Assembly: GCA_965223115.1 (NCBI GenBank)
Contig: OZ244982.1
Coordinates: 2,557,636-2,621,635 of the forward strand
Origin: Gammaproteobacteria bacterium
Lineage (GTDB): Bacteria; Pseudomonadota; Gammaproteobacteria; UBA4575
Length of the DNA: 64,000 bases
Reading direction: 5' to 3'
The notes beneath the pieces were generated by a model. It was not told the origin of the DNA. It searched no databases and worked only from the letters and a program-made list of their open reading frames with translations. Below, in pieces: positions 1-10,300 of the stretch (its first letter is position 1; each line of letters starts with the position of its first letter). Position numbers and translations under genes: made by a program.

Positions 1-860
1 GGGTGCCGAGCTTTTTCGCTACGAATGATAATATTACTTTTCCTGTAGCTAATTTTTTGATGTGCACCTGCGCCTATTCCTATGTAGTCACCAAATTGCC
101 AATAATTATAGTTATGCATGCATTGTTTATTCGGTTGTGCATAAGCAGAAATTTCATATTGTTGGTAATCATATTTTGTTAATAGGTTTACTCCTTGTTG
201 CTGCATATCCCAGCTTACATTTTCTGTAGGTAATTCAGGTGGGTGTTGATAAAAGCGTGTGTTGGGTTCTAACGTTAATTGATAGTAAGAAATATGGCTT
301 GGTTCCAGTGCTATTGCTTGTTGTATATCTAGTGCAGCATTTCGTAAGGTTTGTTTAGGCAATGCATACATAAGGTCAATATTAATATTTTCAAAGCCTA
401 CATTTTTTGCAGTTTGTACTGCATCTTTAGCAGTTTGTGCATTATGTATGCGTCCAAGATAGTGCAGGCTTGTGTTAGAGAAACTTTGTACACCAATAGA
501 GATTCTGTTAATCCCAGCAGCAAGGAACCCTGCAAAATTATTTTGATCATAAGTACCCGGGTTGGCTTCGATAGTAATTTCAATCTTGCTGGATAAGCTT
601 AATTGTTGATCTATAGCGGAAAGTAGCCGCTCTATACCGTTGGCAGAAAATAAACTGGGGGTTCCACCACCTATAAAGATACTAATAACCTCTCGGCAAC
701 GAACTTCATTAGGTTGCTGTTGTATATCTGCTATTAAAGCATCGATATATCGGTTTTCGGGTAAAGCTGTTTGGTTTTCATGAGAATTAAAATCACAATA
801 CGGGCATTTTTTTACACACCAAGGTATGTGTATGTAGAGTGCTAACGGGGTATCAAGCAT
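1..860 (-). CDS. hemW: Radical-SAM heme chaperone HemW (coproporphyrinogen-III-oxidase-like), N-terminal part; 3' end lies beyond the window
   Basis: Reverse translation from ATG at 858-860 gives MLDTPLALYIHIPWCVKKCPYCDFNSHENQ..., the CxxxCxxC radical-SAM motif typical of HemW/YggW. It sits downstream of rdgB, as in the E. coli yggV-yggW arrangement. It is absent from the ORF track because it runs off the window edge. Confidence 0.8.
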   Translation of the reverse strand, partial: MLDTPLALYIHIPWCVKKCPYCDFNSHENQTALPENRYIDALIADIQQQPNEVRCREVISIFIGGGTPSLFSANGIERLLSAIDQQLSLSSKIEITIEANPGTYDQNNFAGFLAAGINRISIGVQSFSNTSLHYLGRIHNAQTAKDAVQTAKNVGFENINIDLMYALPKQTLRNAALDIQQAIALEPSHISYYQLTLEPNTRFYQHPPELPTENVSWDMQQQGVNLLTKYDYQQYEISAYAQPNKQCMHNYNYWQFGDYIGIGAGAHQKISYRKSNIIIRSEKARH

Positions 861-912
861 AGTTACACATAAAGTACACTGATTTAACTAAACATAAAAA
901 CCAGTATTACTT

Positions 913-1503
913 TTATTCAAGTACATTAATCAATTTTTGTAAGGCTTGTGCACGATGACTAATACGATTCTTCTCAGCTGGCTCTAGTTCTGCCGATGCA
1001 CATCCATGGGTGGGTACAAAAAACAGTGGATCATAACCAAAACCATTAGGCCCTTTAGCTTCATGTAAAATCACGCCTTCCCAGGTGCCTTGGCAGATAA
1101 GCGGCATAGGATCTTGAGCATGACGCATGTAGACCAGCACACATTGAAAACGCGCACTGCGTTGCTCGTCGGGTATATCAGCAAGCTCTCTTAGTAATTT
1201 AGCATTGTTTGCTTCATCATTTGCATTAGCTCCCGCATAACGTGCACTGTAGACTCCTGGGGCACCATTTAATGCATCGACCTCTATACCTGAATCATCA
1301 GCTAACGCAGGTAACCCTGTAGATTCTGCAGCATGTCGTGCTTTAATAATTGCATTCTCAACAAAGGTAGTGCCAGTTTCTGCCACTTCTGTAACGTCAA
1401 ATTTGGATTGATTAATAAGTTGAAAACGCTGTTGATCGAGCACTGCTTGAATCTCACGTAATTTTCCAGCGTTGTTACTGGCCAGCACAATTTTTTTAGT
1501 CAT
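913..1503 (-). CDS. rdgB: dITP/XTP pyrophosphatase (Ham1/RdgB family)
   Basis: 196 aa. MTKKIVLASNNAGKLREI... with FGYDP motif. Conserved rph-rdgB-hemW neighbourhood. Confidence 0.9.
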   Translation of the reverse strand: MTKKIVLASNNAGKLREIQAVLDQQRFQLINQSKFDVTEVAETGTTFVENAIIKARHAAESTGLPALADDSGIEVDALNGAPGVYSARYAGANANDEANNAKLLRELADIPDEQRSARFQCVLVYMRHAQDPMPLICQGTWEGVILHEAKGPNGFGYDPLFFVPTHGCASAELEPAEKNRISHRAQALQKLINVLE

Positions 1504-2232
1504 CTATATACCAAGACATTGCTTTTGCTGCAGGATGATTTCTTTAATGCCACGATCTGCAATGCCCAGCAATGCTATAAGCTCATCATGAGTGAAAGCT
1601 TCTTGTTCTGCTGTACCTTGTATCTCAATAAAAGATCCTGCGTCATTCATGACTATATTCATATCTGTATCTGCACTACAGTCTTCAGCATAATCGAGAT
1701 CCAATATAGGGACTTGGTTATAAATACCCACTGAAACAGCGGCAATAAAATGAGTAAGTGGGTTGGTTTCAATCATGCCTGTTTGCAACATTTTCTGGAT
1801 GGCATCATAGAGTGCAACAAATCCACCAGAAATAGAGGTGGTACGAGTACCTCCATCGGCTTGTATAACGTCGCAGTCAATAGTTATCGAGTGTTCACCC
1901 AGCTTTGTAAGATTTACTGCCGAACGTAATGAGCGTCCAATTAAGCGTTGTATTTCTAAAGTTCGGCCACCTTGTTTACCTCTTGATGCTTCACGAAACA
2001 TGCGGCTATTGGTAGAACGCGGAAGCATGCCATACTCAGCAGTTACCCAACCCTGGCCTTTGCCTTTAAGAAACTTTGGCACTTGCTCGTTAACTGTGGC
2101 AGTGCATAAGACTGTAGTATCACCAAATTCAGCTAATACAGAGCCTTCTGCATGCTTGGTATAGTTGCGTGTAAAACGAATGGTACGCATTTGATCTGGG
2201 TTGCGATCGCTAGGTCTGCTTGTAGAATTCAT
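1504..2232 (-). CDS. rph: Ribonuclease PH
   Basis: The ORF track shows 1504-2391, but the homologous start is the internal Met ([45 protein letters not shown]...). It aligns along the full length with E. coli Rph, including the 20 aa before TRNY. Confidence 0.85.
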   Translation of the reverse strand: MNSTSRPSDRNPDQMRTIRFTRNYTKHAEGSVLAEFGDTTVLCTATVNEQVPKFLKGKGQGWVTAEYGMLPRSTNSRMFREASRGKQGGRTLEIQRLIGRSLRSAVNLTKLGEHSITIDCDVIQADGGTRTTSISGGFVALYDAIQKMLQTGMIETNPLTHFIAAVSVGIYNQVPILDLDYAEDCSADTDMNIVMNDAGSFIEIQGTAEQEAFTHDELIALLGIADRGIKEIILQQKQCLGI

Positions 2233-2335
2233 AAATCTGCCTGGTGGAATTGCAAAGAGTCGCGCATTATACGCAAAAAAATGAAGACGATGAGCATCAT
2301 CGCCAATGATTGAATTAGCAAAAGGATAAATAAAA

Positions 2336-3202
2336 ATGCTCAGCAGTATGACAGGTTTTGCACGGCTGGAGGATACATGTGATTTTGGCAATGTTAGCTG
2401 GGAGTTGCGTTCAGTTAATCACCGCTATCTTGAAATTACGTTCCGTATGCCTGAAGAAGTGCGGCGCATCGAAACACAGCTTCGACAATATCTACAGACT
2501 AAACTGGCACGTGGAAAAGTGGATTGTGTGTTTCGTTATCAACTTGCAGATGTGCAAACTGCTGCACTAGAACTAAATCAACCCTTGCTTGAAAGTTTGC
2601 TTAAACAAATTGATTTTGTGCATCAAAAACTACCTCAACATACTCCGGCAAAAGCGATTGATCTATTAATGTGGCCAGGTGTTGTACATGCGTCTGAGAC
2701 GGATATGCAAAGTTTTCAAGCTGCATGTTTGGATCTATTTAAAAATGCCACACAACAGCTTGTAGAAATGCGCACTACGGAGGGTTCACGCTTGCAGTCT
2801 GTAATAGAGGAAAAGCGTGATGAGGTTGAAGTTATTGTAAAGGCTGTACGAGTTCGATATCCACAAGTTATAAAGGCTGTAAAAGAAAAGTTGCAACAAC
2901 GTTTGGACGAGCTATCAATAGATATTGATCAAAATCGACTAGAGCAAGAGTTTGTACATTTAGCGCAAAAGTTAGATATTGCTGAAGAATTAGATCGTTT
3001 AGAAAGCCATCTTCAAGAAATGGATAGTATCTTTAAACGCAATGATCCGATTGGACGTCGGTTAGATTTTTTGATGCAGGAATTTAATCGTGAAGCTAAT
3101 ACGATTGCTTCCAAGTCTGCAGATATTGAAACAACGCAAGCAGCAGTAGATTTAAAAGTACTGATCGAACAAATGCGGGAACAAGTGCAAAATATTGAAT
3201 AA
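2336..3202 (+). CDS. yicC: YicC-family stress-induced protein
   Basis: 288 aa, [10 protein letters not shown]..., divergent from rph as in enterobacteria (YicC_N/DUF1732 pattern). Confidence 0.85.
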   Translation: MLSSMTGFARLEDTCDFGNVSWELRSVNHRYLEITFRMPEEVRRIETQLRQYLQTKLARGKVDCVFRYQLADVQTAALELNQPLLESLLKQIDFVHQKLPQHTPAKAIDLLMWPGVVHASETDMQSFQAACLDLFKNATQQLVEMRTTEGSRLQSVIEEKRDEVEVIVKAVRVRYPQVIKAVKEKLQQRLDELSIDIDQNRLEQEFVHLAQKLDIAEELDRLESHLQEMDSIFKRNDPIGRRLDFLMQEFNREANTIASKSADIETTQAAVDLKVLIEQMREQVQNIE

Positions 3203-3310
3203 ATGGATTTTATTTATGACTTTGTATGGCCTAAGTACAGAATATAGAATGAGATTTTCTTAAGTCTTAAATAGAAATGACAAAAAAATAACTTACTGGG
3301 ATGAATCACT

Positions 3311-3820
3311 ATGTCAGATGCGCAGCATGTAAAAAAACATCAAGTTAAAATATTTTGTACTGGTGGCACAATTGATAAAGTTTATTTTGATGCTCTAAGT
3401 GAATATAAAATTGGAGATCCCGTAGTAAACGGTATTCTAAAAGAAGCATTGGTCAAGTTCTCTTTTGCAGTGGAATCTATTATCAAAAAAGACAGTTTGG
3501 AAATAACTGATGAAGACCGAAACAAAATTTTTAATTGTGTTAAGGCTGAGGAGTGTAGCAATATCCTTATTACCCATGGCACCGATACCATGATCGATAC
3601 GGCTAAACGGTTGCAAGAAATTACAGATAAAACCATTGTTTTGACAGGAGCCATGCAGCCGGCACGATTTCGCAATACCGATGCCATATTTAATATCGGC
3701 TATGCCATCGCAGCAGCACAACACCTAGACCCAGGCGTGTATTTGGCAATGAATGGCCAGATTTTTAACCCTGATGCAGTGCAAAAAAACCGTTCTGCGG
3801 CACAATTTGAAGCTATGTAA
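3311..3820 (+). CDS. Stand-alone L-asparaginase N-terminal-domain protein
   Basis: 169 aa. The TGGTI, HGTDTM and LTGAMQP motifs match the asparaginase/glutaminase N-domain. There is no C-terminal domain. Confidence 0.6.
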   Translation: MSDAQHVKKHQVKIFCTGGTIDKVYFDALSEYKIGDPVVNGILKEALVKFSFAVESIIKKDSLEITDEDRNKIFNCVKAEECSNILITHGTDTMIDTAKRLQEITDKTIVLTGAMQPARFRNTDAIFNIGYAIAAAQHLDPGVYLAMNGQIFNPDAVQKNRSAAQFEAM

Positions 3821-3844
3821 GAAACCAAATCCTTTAAATAGCCC

Positions 3845-3871
3845 CTTGAAAAAATGAATCTAGCCCATATC
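3845..3871 (+). promoter_or_regulatory. Sigma-32 (RpoH)-type heat-shock promoter upstream of hsp20
   Basis: CTTGAAA (3845-3851), a 12-nt spacer, then CCCATAT (3864-3870) matches the sigma-32 consensus CTTGAAA-N13-15-CCCCATnT. It lies ~45 bp upstream of the hsp20 ATG. Confidence 0.5.
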
Positions 3872-3913
3872 TATTAAGCTAAAGAGTTAAATTTATTTGT
3901 TAGGAGGCTAAAC

Positions 3914-4339
3914 ATGCTTGCAAGAACTTATCGAGACCCATGGGATACATTTCGTGGAGAATTAGATCGTATGTTTAATACCAATTCCGCAGGATACGTG
4001 GATACGGCATCTGACTGGGTGCCTTCAGTGGATATCAAGGAAGGTAAGGATGCCTATGAAGTGGCAGCAGATGTGCCGGGTGTTGAGCCAAAGGACATTG
4101 ATGTTTCATTGGAAGACGGTGTATTAACTGTAAAAGGTGAACGTAAATCTGAAAGCAAAGACGAGGGTGAAGGATACACTCGTACCGAACGTACGTATGG
4201 AAGTTTTTATCGTCGCTTTGCATTACCTGATACCGCAGATGCGGAAAATATTTCTGCTAAAACGGAACATGGTGTGCTGAAGTTGCATATCCCTAAAAAG
4301 GAAAAGGCGTTGCCAAAGAAAATTTCGGTTGAAGGATAA
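3914..4339 (+). CDS. Small heat-shock protein (Hsp20/alpha-crystallin, IbpA-like)
   Basis: 141 aa; alpha-crystallin domain motifs (VDIKE..., LTVKGERK, AENGVLKLHIPK). Confidence 0.9.
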   Translation: MLARTYRDPWDTFRGELDRMFNTNSAGYVDTASDWVPSVDIKEGKDAYEVAADVPGVEPKDIDVSLEDGVLTVKGERKSESKDEGEGYTRTERTYGSFYRRFALPDTADAENISAKTEHGVLKLHIPKKEKALPKKISVEG

Positions 4340-4377
4340 ACCGTTCTCAAGCCTAGCTTGAAATAAGTAAGGAAACT

Positions 4378-4404
4378 GAAGCGCCGCGTTATCGCGGCGT
4401 TTCA
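4378..4404 (+). terminator. Probable intrinsic terminator after hsp20
   Basis: GC stem GAAGCGCCGCG-TTAT-CGCGGCGTTTC followed by a short T-run. Confidence 0.45.
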
Positions 4405-4434
4405 ATGTAAGTAGATGAATAATTTTAAAAGCTT

Positions 4435-5361
4435 ATGGAATATAAAGACTATTACAAAATATTAGGTGTTGAACGCGATGCCAAAGAGGCTGACATAAAA
4501 ACAGCCTATCGTAGACTTGCGCGTAAATATCACCCTGATGTTAGTAAAGAGTCAAATGCTGAGCAAAAATTTAAAGAAGTGGGTGAAGCCTATGAAGTGT
4601 TAAAAGACCCACAGAAGCGTCAAGCGTATGACCAGTTGGGCGCGAATTGGAAATCGGGACAAAACTTTAATCCACCGCCAGGTTGGCAAGATATTTTTTC
4701 AGGAGCAGAATTTTCACAAGGTGGGTTTGAGACATCTGGTTTTAGTGACTTTTTTGAATCTTTGTTTGGTGGAGGTTTTGCACAGGGTCAAACCTCAGGA
4801 TTTCATCGTTCAGGTTTTAATCAAGGAGGCATGCGAACCCAAGGCGCTGATCAACACGCTAATATATCTATCAGTCTTGAAGAAGCGTTCCATGGAGCGA
4901 AAAAAAATATTCGCTTAAGCAATGGACGCAATCTAGAAGTTAAAGTCCCGGCAGGCATTACATCAGGTAAGCGCATTCGTCTTGCAGGACAAGGTGCACC
5001 TGGCATGGGAGGTGGTCCCAATGGGGATCTTTATTTAGAAGTTACGGTCTTACCTCACAAACGGTATAAAGTTGAAAACAGTAATATTTTGTTAGACTTA
5101 CCGATAAGCCCATGGGAAGCTGTATTGGGTGCTCGTGTTCAAGTGCCTACTTTGGCTGGACGGGTTGAAGCAAAAATTCCTGCTGGCTCACAGTCAGGTA
5201 AAAAATTACGTTTGAAAAAACGCGGTATGCCAGGTAACCCGACGGGAGATCAAATTGTGACTTTGCAAATTATGATGCCGAATGTAAAAAATAAACAAGA
5301 TAAGGTTTTTTACGAAGAGATGGCAAAACGTTTTGAGTTTGATCCACGCGTAGAGCTTTAG
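4435..5361 (+). CDS. cbpA: Curved-DNA-binding DnaJ-like co-chaperone
   Basis: 308 aa. N-terminal J domain (YYKILGV...HPD...), G/F-rich linker, DnaJ C-terminal domains, no Zn finger. Confidence 0.8.
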   Translation: MEYKDYYKILGVERDAKEADIKTAYRRLARKYHPDVSKESNAEQKFKEVGEAYEVLKDPQKRQAYDQLGANWKSGQNFNPPPGWQDIFSGAEFSQGGFETSGFSDFFESLFGGGFAQGQTSGFHRSGFNQGGMRTQGADQHANISISLEEAFHGAKKNIRLSNGRNLEVKVPAGITSGKRIRLAGQGAPGMGGGPNGDLYLEVTVLPHKRYKVENSNILLDLPISPWEAVLGARVQVPTLAGRVEAKIPAGSQSGKKLRLKKRGMPGNPTGDQIVTLQIMMPNVKNKQDKVFYEEMAKRFEFDPRVEL

Positions 5362-5421
5362 ACGTATAATTAATTTTATAGATTATTCTTTAAGAACTAA
5401 TAATTTTTAGAACTAATAATA

Positions 5422-6777
5422 ATGATTAAAAAGCGTATGCAATTTGTAGCATTGAGTATGCTGCTAAGTATATTTACGTTAGCCCATGCTGAATTACCCA
5501 ATAGTGTAAATGGGCAACCGTTACCTAGTTTGGCGCCGATGTTGGAGAAGGCGACTCCTGCAGTGGTAAATATTTCGACGACGGGACGAGTTGTAGTCCG
5601 TGACCCTTTTTTTGATGACCCGTTTTTTCGTCGTTTTTTTGATGTGCCTGAACAACGTCGTGAAAGACGTACTACAGGTTTAGGTTCAGGCGTTATCTTT
5701 GATGCTAAACAAGGCTATATCATTACGAATTCACACGTTATTGATAAAGCCGAAGACATCGTAGTGACGTTGGAAGATGGTCAGCACTTTAATGCTGAAG
5801 TAATTGGCAAAGATCCAGGTGCAGATATAGCTGTAATTCAAATTGAAGCAAAGCATTTAAGTGAACTACCTTTAGGTAACTCAGACCGTTTACGTCAAGG
5901 TGATTTCGTTGTTGCCATCGGTAATCCTTTTGGCCTCGGACAGACTGTAACCTCTGGAATTGTAAGTGCATTAGGTCGCAGTGGTTTAGGGATTGAGTCT
6001 TATGAAGATTTTATTCAAACCGATGCCTCGATTAACCCCGGTAACTCTGGTGGAGCCTTAGTAAATTTACGTGGTGAATTAGTGGGTATTAATACGGCTA
6101 TTTATGGACCCAGTGGTGGTAATGTAGGTATTGGCTTTGCCATACCGGTTAATATGGTTAAACAGATTACGCAACAGCTTATTGAGCATGGTGAGGTAAA
6201 ACGCGGCAGGCTTGGTTTTACTGCACAAGATCTGACTCCCGAACTGGCAGAAGCGTTTGGCACTGTGCGTAAAAAAGGTGTGGTGGTTGCACGCGTAGAC
6301 CCTAAGTCCCCTGCCGCAAAGGCAGGTGTACAGGTAGGTGATGTAATCATTGCTGTAAATGGTCGTGAAGTGGAAAGCTCTGCGCAAGTGCGTAATGAAA
6401 TTGGATTATTACGCATCGGCACACATGTGGAGATTGAGATCTTACGTAATGGTCAGCCACGTCTATTGACAGCCTCGGTGGAAGAACAAGTGATGGATAG
6501 CATCAGTGGTGCATCACTTAGTAAAAAGCTAAGTGGCGCGGAGTTTAGTGAAGCCCTAGAAGATACCTCACGAGGAACCACAGCTGGAATTGAGGTGGTA
6601 AGTGCCAGTGGCAATGCAGCGGCGGCCGGATTGCGTAAAGGCGATATTATAATTAGCGTTAATAAAAAACGTGTAAAAACGATTCGGGATATGAAGGTTG
6701 CAATTAAGAAAAACCCTAAAGCTTTGTTATTAAATATACAACGTGAGGCTCGTGGCTTGTTTATACTAATTCAGTAA
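5422..6777 (+). CDS. degP: Periplasmic serine endoprotease DegP/DegQ (HtrA family)
   Basis: 451 aa. Signal peptide, trypsin-like domain with GNSGGAL, two PDZ domains. Confidence 0.9.
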   Translation: MIKKRMQFVALSMLLSIFTLAHAELPNSVNGQPLPSLAPMLEKATPAVVNISTTGRVVVRDPFFDDPFFRRFFDVPEQRRERRTTGLGSGVIFDAKQGYIITNSHVIDKAEDIVVTLEDGQHFNAEVIGKDPGADIAVIQIEAKHLSELPLGNSDRLRQGDFVVAIGNPFGLGQTVTSGIVSALGRSGLGIESYEDFIQTDASINPGNSGGALVNLRGELVGINTAIYGPSGGNVGIGFAIPVNMVKQITQQLIEHGEVKRGRLGFTAQDLTPELAEAFGTVRKKGVVVARVDPKSPAAKAGVQVGDVIIAVNGREVESSAQVRNEIGLLRIGTHVEIEILRNGQPRLLTASVEEQVMDSISGASLSKKLSGAEFSEALEDTSRGTTAGIEVVSASGNAAAAGLRKGDIIISVNKKRVKTIRDMKVAIKKNPKALLLNIQREARGLFILIQ

Positions 6778-6811
6778 ATACTAAAATTAATACAAAAAAA
6801 CGATTATTACT

Positions 6812-7045
6812 TTAGCCACCTGTTACAGGTGGAAAGAATGCAACTTCGTCTCCATCTTTTATTTGTTGCGAAAAATTTGCGTATTCCTGATTTACTGCGA
6901 CCAGTAACCGTTCAGGTCGTGGCATATCATTGGTTGCGAGTTGCCATAGCTCTTCTACGGTTATGTTGTTAGTAATTGCGATTTCGTCGTTGGGACGACC
7001 GATGGTCTCGCGAAGGCTGGCAAAATACTTTACGTTTACAGACAT
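6812..7045 (-). CDS. moaD: Molybdopterin synthase sulfur-carrier subunit MoaD
   Basis: 77 aa ending in GG (…FFPPVTGG); ThiS/MoaD fold signature. Confidence 0.75.
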   Translation of the reverse strand: MSVNVKYFASLRETIGRPNDEIAITNNITVEELWQLATNDMPRPERLLVAVNQEYANFSQQIKDGDEVAFFPPVTGG

Positions 7046-7135
7046 TGTTTTTAAATAAAGTGTTTGAATGAAATACGTATCAAGGTTTATGAAATGGTAC
7101 CATTGTTTGCATAAGAAATAGACTTAGGAGTCTTT

Positions 7136-7624
7136 GTGACCAAGCTAACCCATTTTAATCAAGCAGGTGAAGCCCATATGGTGGATGTGGGAGATAAGCC
7201 TGAAAGCCATCGCATTGCAATGGCAGATGGAAGGATTCTCATGCAGGCACAAACCTTAGCGCTTATACAAAGTGGTGGACATAAAAAAGGGGATGTGCTT
7301 GGGATTGCACGCATCGCTGGCATTATGGCGTCAAAAAAAACGGCAGAACTTATACCACTTTGCCATCCTTTGTCTCTTACTTCAGTTGAGCTTGAATTCG
7401 AAATAGAAAAATCCCCTGCAGCGGTATATTGTGTTGCCAGTGTGGAAACACGTGGACAAACAGGTGTAGAGATGGAAGCTTTGACTGCAGTGCAGATCGC
7501 TTTATTAACAATCTATGATATGTGTAAAGCTGTGGATCGCGGCATGACTTTACAAGACATATGCCTATTAAAAAAAACAGGTGGGAAATCAGGAACTTGG
7601 GTTCGTAATGAGTCGAGTATTTAG
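7136..7624 (+). CDS. moaC: Cyclic pyranopterin monophosphate synthase MoaC
   Basis: 162 aa; [15 protein letters not shown]...[14 protein letters not shown]... is canonical MoaC. Confidence 0.9.
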   Translation: MTKLTHFNQAGEAHMVDVGDKPESHRIAMADGRILMQAQTLALIQSGGHKKGDVLGIARIAGIMASKKTAELIPLCHPLSLTSVELEFEIEKSPAAVYCVASVETRGQTGVEMEALTAVQIALLTIYDMCKAVDRGMTLQDICLLKKTGGKSGTWVRNESSI

Positions 7625-7782
7625 CCTGCACTTGTTAAAAAGAAATAGTTGAATGTTTATGTGACAAAGCGTGTCTACTTTGGTGGCAGGCATAGGTTTT
7701 CATGCTAGGTAAACTTATACTAATAATATTGAGCTCAAATTTAAATTGATGCCGCAATAACAAAACAGATGGGAGAGCTTCG

Positions 7783-9750
7783 ATGAAGATAATCAAGTAT
7801 TTAATTATTGGTATCGTTTTACTGGTTGTTATTTTTATCGGTGCTGCGATCTTTTTTGTTTCTACTTTTGACCCCAATGCCTATAAAGAACAAATTGTAG
7901 CGAAAACCAAACAAGCCACTGGACGTGATTTAACCTTAGCTGGGGATATTAATCTTTCTTTGTTCCCATGGTTAGGGTTTAACTTGGGCAGCACACAATT
8001 TGGTAATGCTCCTGGGTTTGGTGATGCTGCGATGGCCAGTGTTGATGAAGTAGATGTACGGGTCGCATTAACACCATTATTTAGTGGACAAGTGCAAGCC
8101 GCTAAAGTGAAATTGCATGGTTTAAAGGTAAACTTACATAAAAATGCACAAGGCGTAACCAACTGGGACGATCTACTAAGTGAAACGGAACCTGGAAGTG
8201 ATGAATCTGAAGAGAGTGGCGATTCATCTGAATTTGAAATCGCAGTTAATGGAGTTGAGATAACCGATGCAGAATTATTTTGGCAGGATGACCAAGCCGG
8301 CACAAAAATTCAAATTGCCCCGCTGAACTTAATAACAGGTGAAGTGGTTGATGGTAAGCCTACCGATATAAATCTTGATTTAAAAATGAAGAATGCATCG
8401 CCACAAGTCGACGCTGCATTAACGCTTGTAAGTAAAGCCACTTTCGATTCTAAACAACAGACATTAAATCTTGCTGGCTTAGATGTTGATTTGAATGCGA
8501 GTGGTGAACCTTTTCCAAATGGCGCGTTAGATTTGCAGTTGGATTCTGATGTAAAGGGCAATTTCAAAACACAAAAATATGCACTACAAAACACTACTAT
8601 TAAAATAAATGGTACGGGTGATGCCTTTCCAGAAGGAAAATTAGATGCCGTACTGCAAACTGAAATAAATGCGGATTTGGCAAATGAGGCGTTAAATTTG
8701 TCTTCTTTGGTTGTTTCCATGTTAGATACGAAACTAACTGGAAATGCATCGGTGCAGTCTTTTGATAAACCTAAAATAAAATTTTCTTTGGCATCAGACA
8801 CTTTGGATCTAGATAAGCTTTTACCTACTTCCAGTGCAGAAGAAAAAACAGACAGCACGCCAGCCGATGAAAATGAACCCATAGAACTACCAACGGAAAG
8901 CATGCGCGATCTTAATGTGAAGGGTGATATTGCCGTAGGTACTTTAATTATTTCAGGTATGACCATGACGAATGTAAAGGCCACCATATCTGCACAAAAT
9001 GGCTTGTTACAAATTACTCCCATGTCCATGAATCTTTATGATGGCACCATGAAGGGCAAAGCGAGTGTCGATGTGCGGAGTAAAACCCCAAAATACGCTT
9101 TAGCAACGGATTTAGCCGGTGTGCAAATTGATAAATTAAGTGTTGATTTTTTAGGTGAAAAACAAGCCTATATGCGTGGTATCAGTAACCTTTCTTTGGA
9201 TATTAATACAGCGGGTAATAGTGTTGCAGAGTTAAAACGGGCGCTGGGAGGAAATGTAAAATTAAATGCAGGCGATGGCGCATTGCGTGATAAAAAACTC
9301 GCTGCTAACGTTGAAAAGGCAGTGGCCTTTATGAAAGGCCGCGAGCCGAAACCAACCGGAGAAGAAATTGTTTTCGATAAATTATTTGGCACTTTTAACA
9401 TTACTAATGGATTATCTGATAATAAAGACTTTAAATTAGACACACCATTAATTTTTGCCAAGGGTGAAGGTCAGGTAGATATCGGTCAATCCAAAACTGA
9501 TTACAAAATTTCGATTGGTTTGTCTGAAGAACCTGGTAAGTTTGCGATTCCTATCACCATCAAAGGGCCCTTTGATGATCTAAGCTATGGCGTTGATTTA
9601 CAAGCCGCATTGAAGGCCAAGCAAACCGCAATTGTTGAAGAAAAGAAAGAAGAACTAAAAGAAGAGATTGAAGAGAAAAAAGCAGAGAAAGTGGAAGAGC
9701 TAAAAGAAAAACTAGGTGACAAGTTAAAAGATAAATTAAAACTATTCTAA
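7783..9750 (+). CDS. AsmA-family outer-membrane assembly protein
   Basis: 655 aa. N-terminal TM anchor, long beta-rich body, K/E-rich coiled C-terminus. Confidence 0.75.
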   Translation: MKIIKYLIIGIVLLVVIFIGAAIFFVSTFDPNAYKEQIVAKTKQATGRDLTLAGDINLSLFPWLGFNLGSTQFGNAPGFGDAAMASVDEVDVRVALTPLFSGQVQAAKVKLHGLKVNLHKNAQGVTNWDDLLSETEPGSDESEESGDSSEFEIAVNGVEITDAELFWQDDQAGTKIQIAPLNLITGEVVDGKPTDINLDLKMKNASPQVDAALTLVSKATFDSKQQTLNLAGLDVDLNASGEPFPNGALDLQLDSDVKGNFKTQKYALQNTTIKINGTGDAFPEGKLDAVLQTEINADLANEALNLSSLVVSMLDTKLTGNASVQSFDKPKIKFSLASDTLDLDKLLPTSSAEEKTDSTPADENEPIELPTESMRDLNVKGDIAVGTLIISGMTMTNVKATISAQNGLLQITPMSMNLYDGTMKGKASVDVRSKTPKYALATDLAGVQIDKLSVDFLGEKQAYMRGISNLSLDINTAGNSVAELKRALGGNVKLNAGDGALRDKKLAANVEKAVAFMKGREPKPTGEEIVFDKLFGTFNITNGLSDNKDFKLDTPLIFAKGEGQVDIGQSKTDYKISIGLSEEPGKFAIPITIKGPFDDLSYGVDLQAALKAKQTAIVEEKKEELKEEIEEKKAEKVEELKEKLGDKLKDKLKLF

Positions 9751-10295
9751 TGAAAGCAACAAGCTGCATTTTGCTGCTTTGTTGTTGCGCAGTTTCAATT
9801 GTATTTGCAGTAGAAGTCATTGTGCGCTTTGAAAATAATACTTATTTTTTAACTGCAAAATTTGATGTTGAAGCTTCTCCAGCTCAAGTTATGCAAGCGC
9901 TAACAGATTATGACAATCTTGCTGATCTTAATCCCGCGATTATAGTAAGCGAACTTTTGCAATCTCCAGATAAATCGAATGAGCGCATACGTACAGTAGT
10001 ACATGGGTGCATTTTATTTTTTTGTAAAAATGTCACACGGGTTGAAGATGTTCAGCAGATGGGTAATGAAAAACTAGAGGCTACTATTATTCCCATGCTA
10101 AGTGATTTGCGTTCTGGGTATGCAATTTGGTTGCTTGCGAAAAATCCATTTGGTACGACAGTGAAATACGAAGCCGATGCACAGCCTAAATTCTGGGTGC
10201 CCCCTATCATTCGATCGTATGTGCTTAAGAGAAAGTTTAAAAAACAAGCAACAGAGACTGTTAAGCGGTTACAAGAAGTAGCTAAAATAAAATAA
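9750..10295 (+). CDS. SRPBCC/polyketide-cyclase-like secreted protein
   Basis: 181 aa with signal peptide; start codon overlaps the asmA stop. Confidence 0.45.
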   Translation: MKATSCILLLCCCAVSIVFAVEVIVRFENNTYFLTAKFDVEASPAQVMQALTDYDNLADLNPAIIVSELLQSPDKSNERIRTVVHGCILFFCKNVTRVEDVQQMGNEKLEATIIPMLSDLRSGYAIWLLAKNPFGTTVKYEADAQPKFWVPPIIRSYVLKRKFKKQATETVKRLQEVAKIK

Positions 10296-10300
10296 AAAAT

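Noticed and set aside
351-596. ORFs 351-596(+) and 398-583(-) at the window start
   Set aside because: They fall inside the minus-strand hemW coding region, which is supported by radical-SAM motifs.
1504-2391. 295-aa extended form of rph
   Set aside because: The N-terminal 53 aa have no homology and are hydrophobic junk. Alignment with RNase PH supports the internal Met at 2232.
5361-5421. Possible sigma-E promoter (GAACT…) upstream of degP
   Set aside because: Only a partial GAACT match with no convincing -10 (TCTGA/TCAAA) element at the correct spacing.
8310-9029. 239-aa antisense ORF (and 7881-8303) inside asmA
   Set aside because: Entirely embedded antisense to a well-supported long gene; low-complexity translation; typical shadow ORF.
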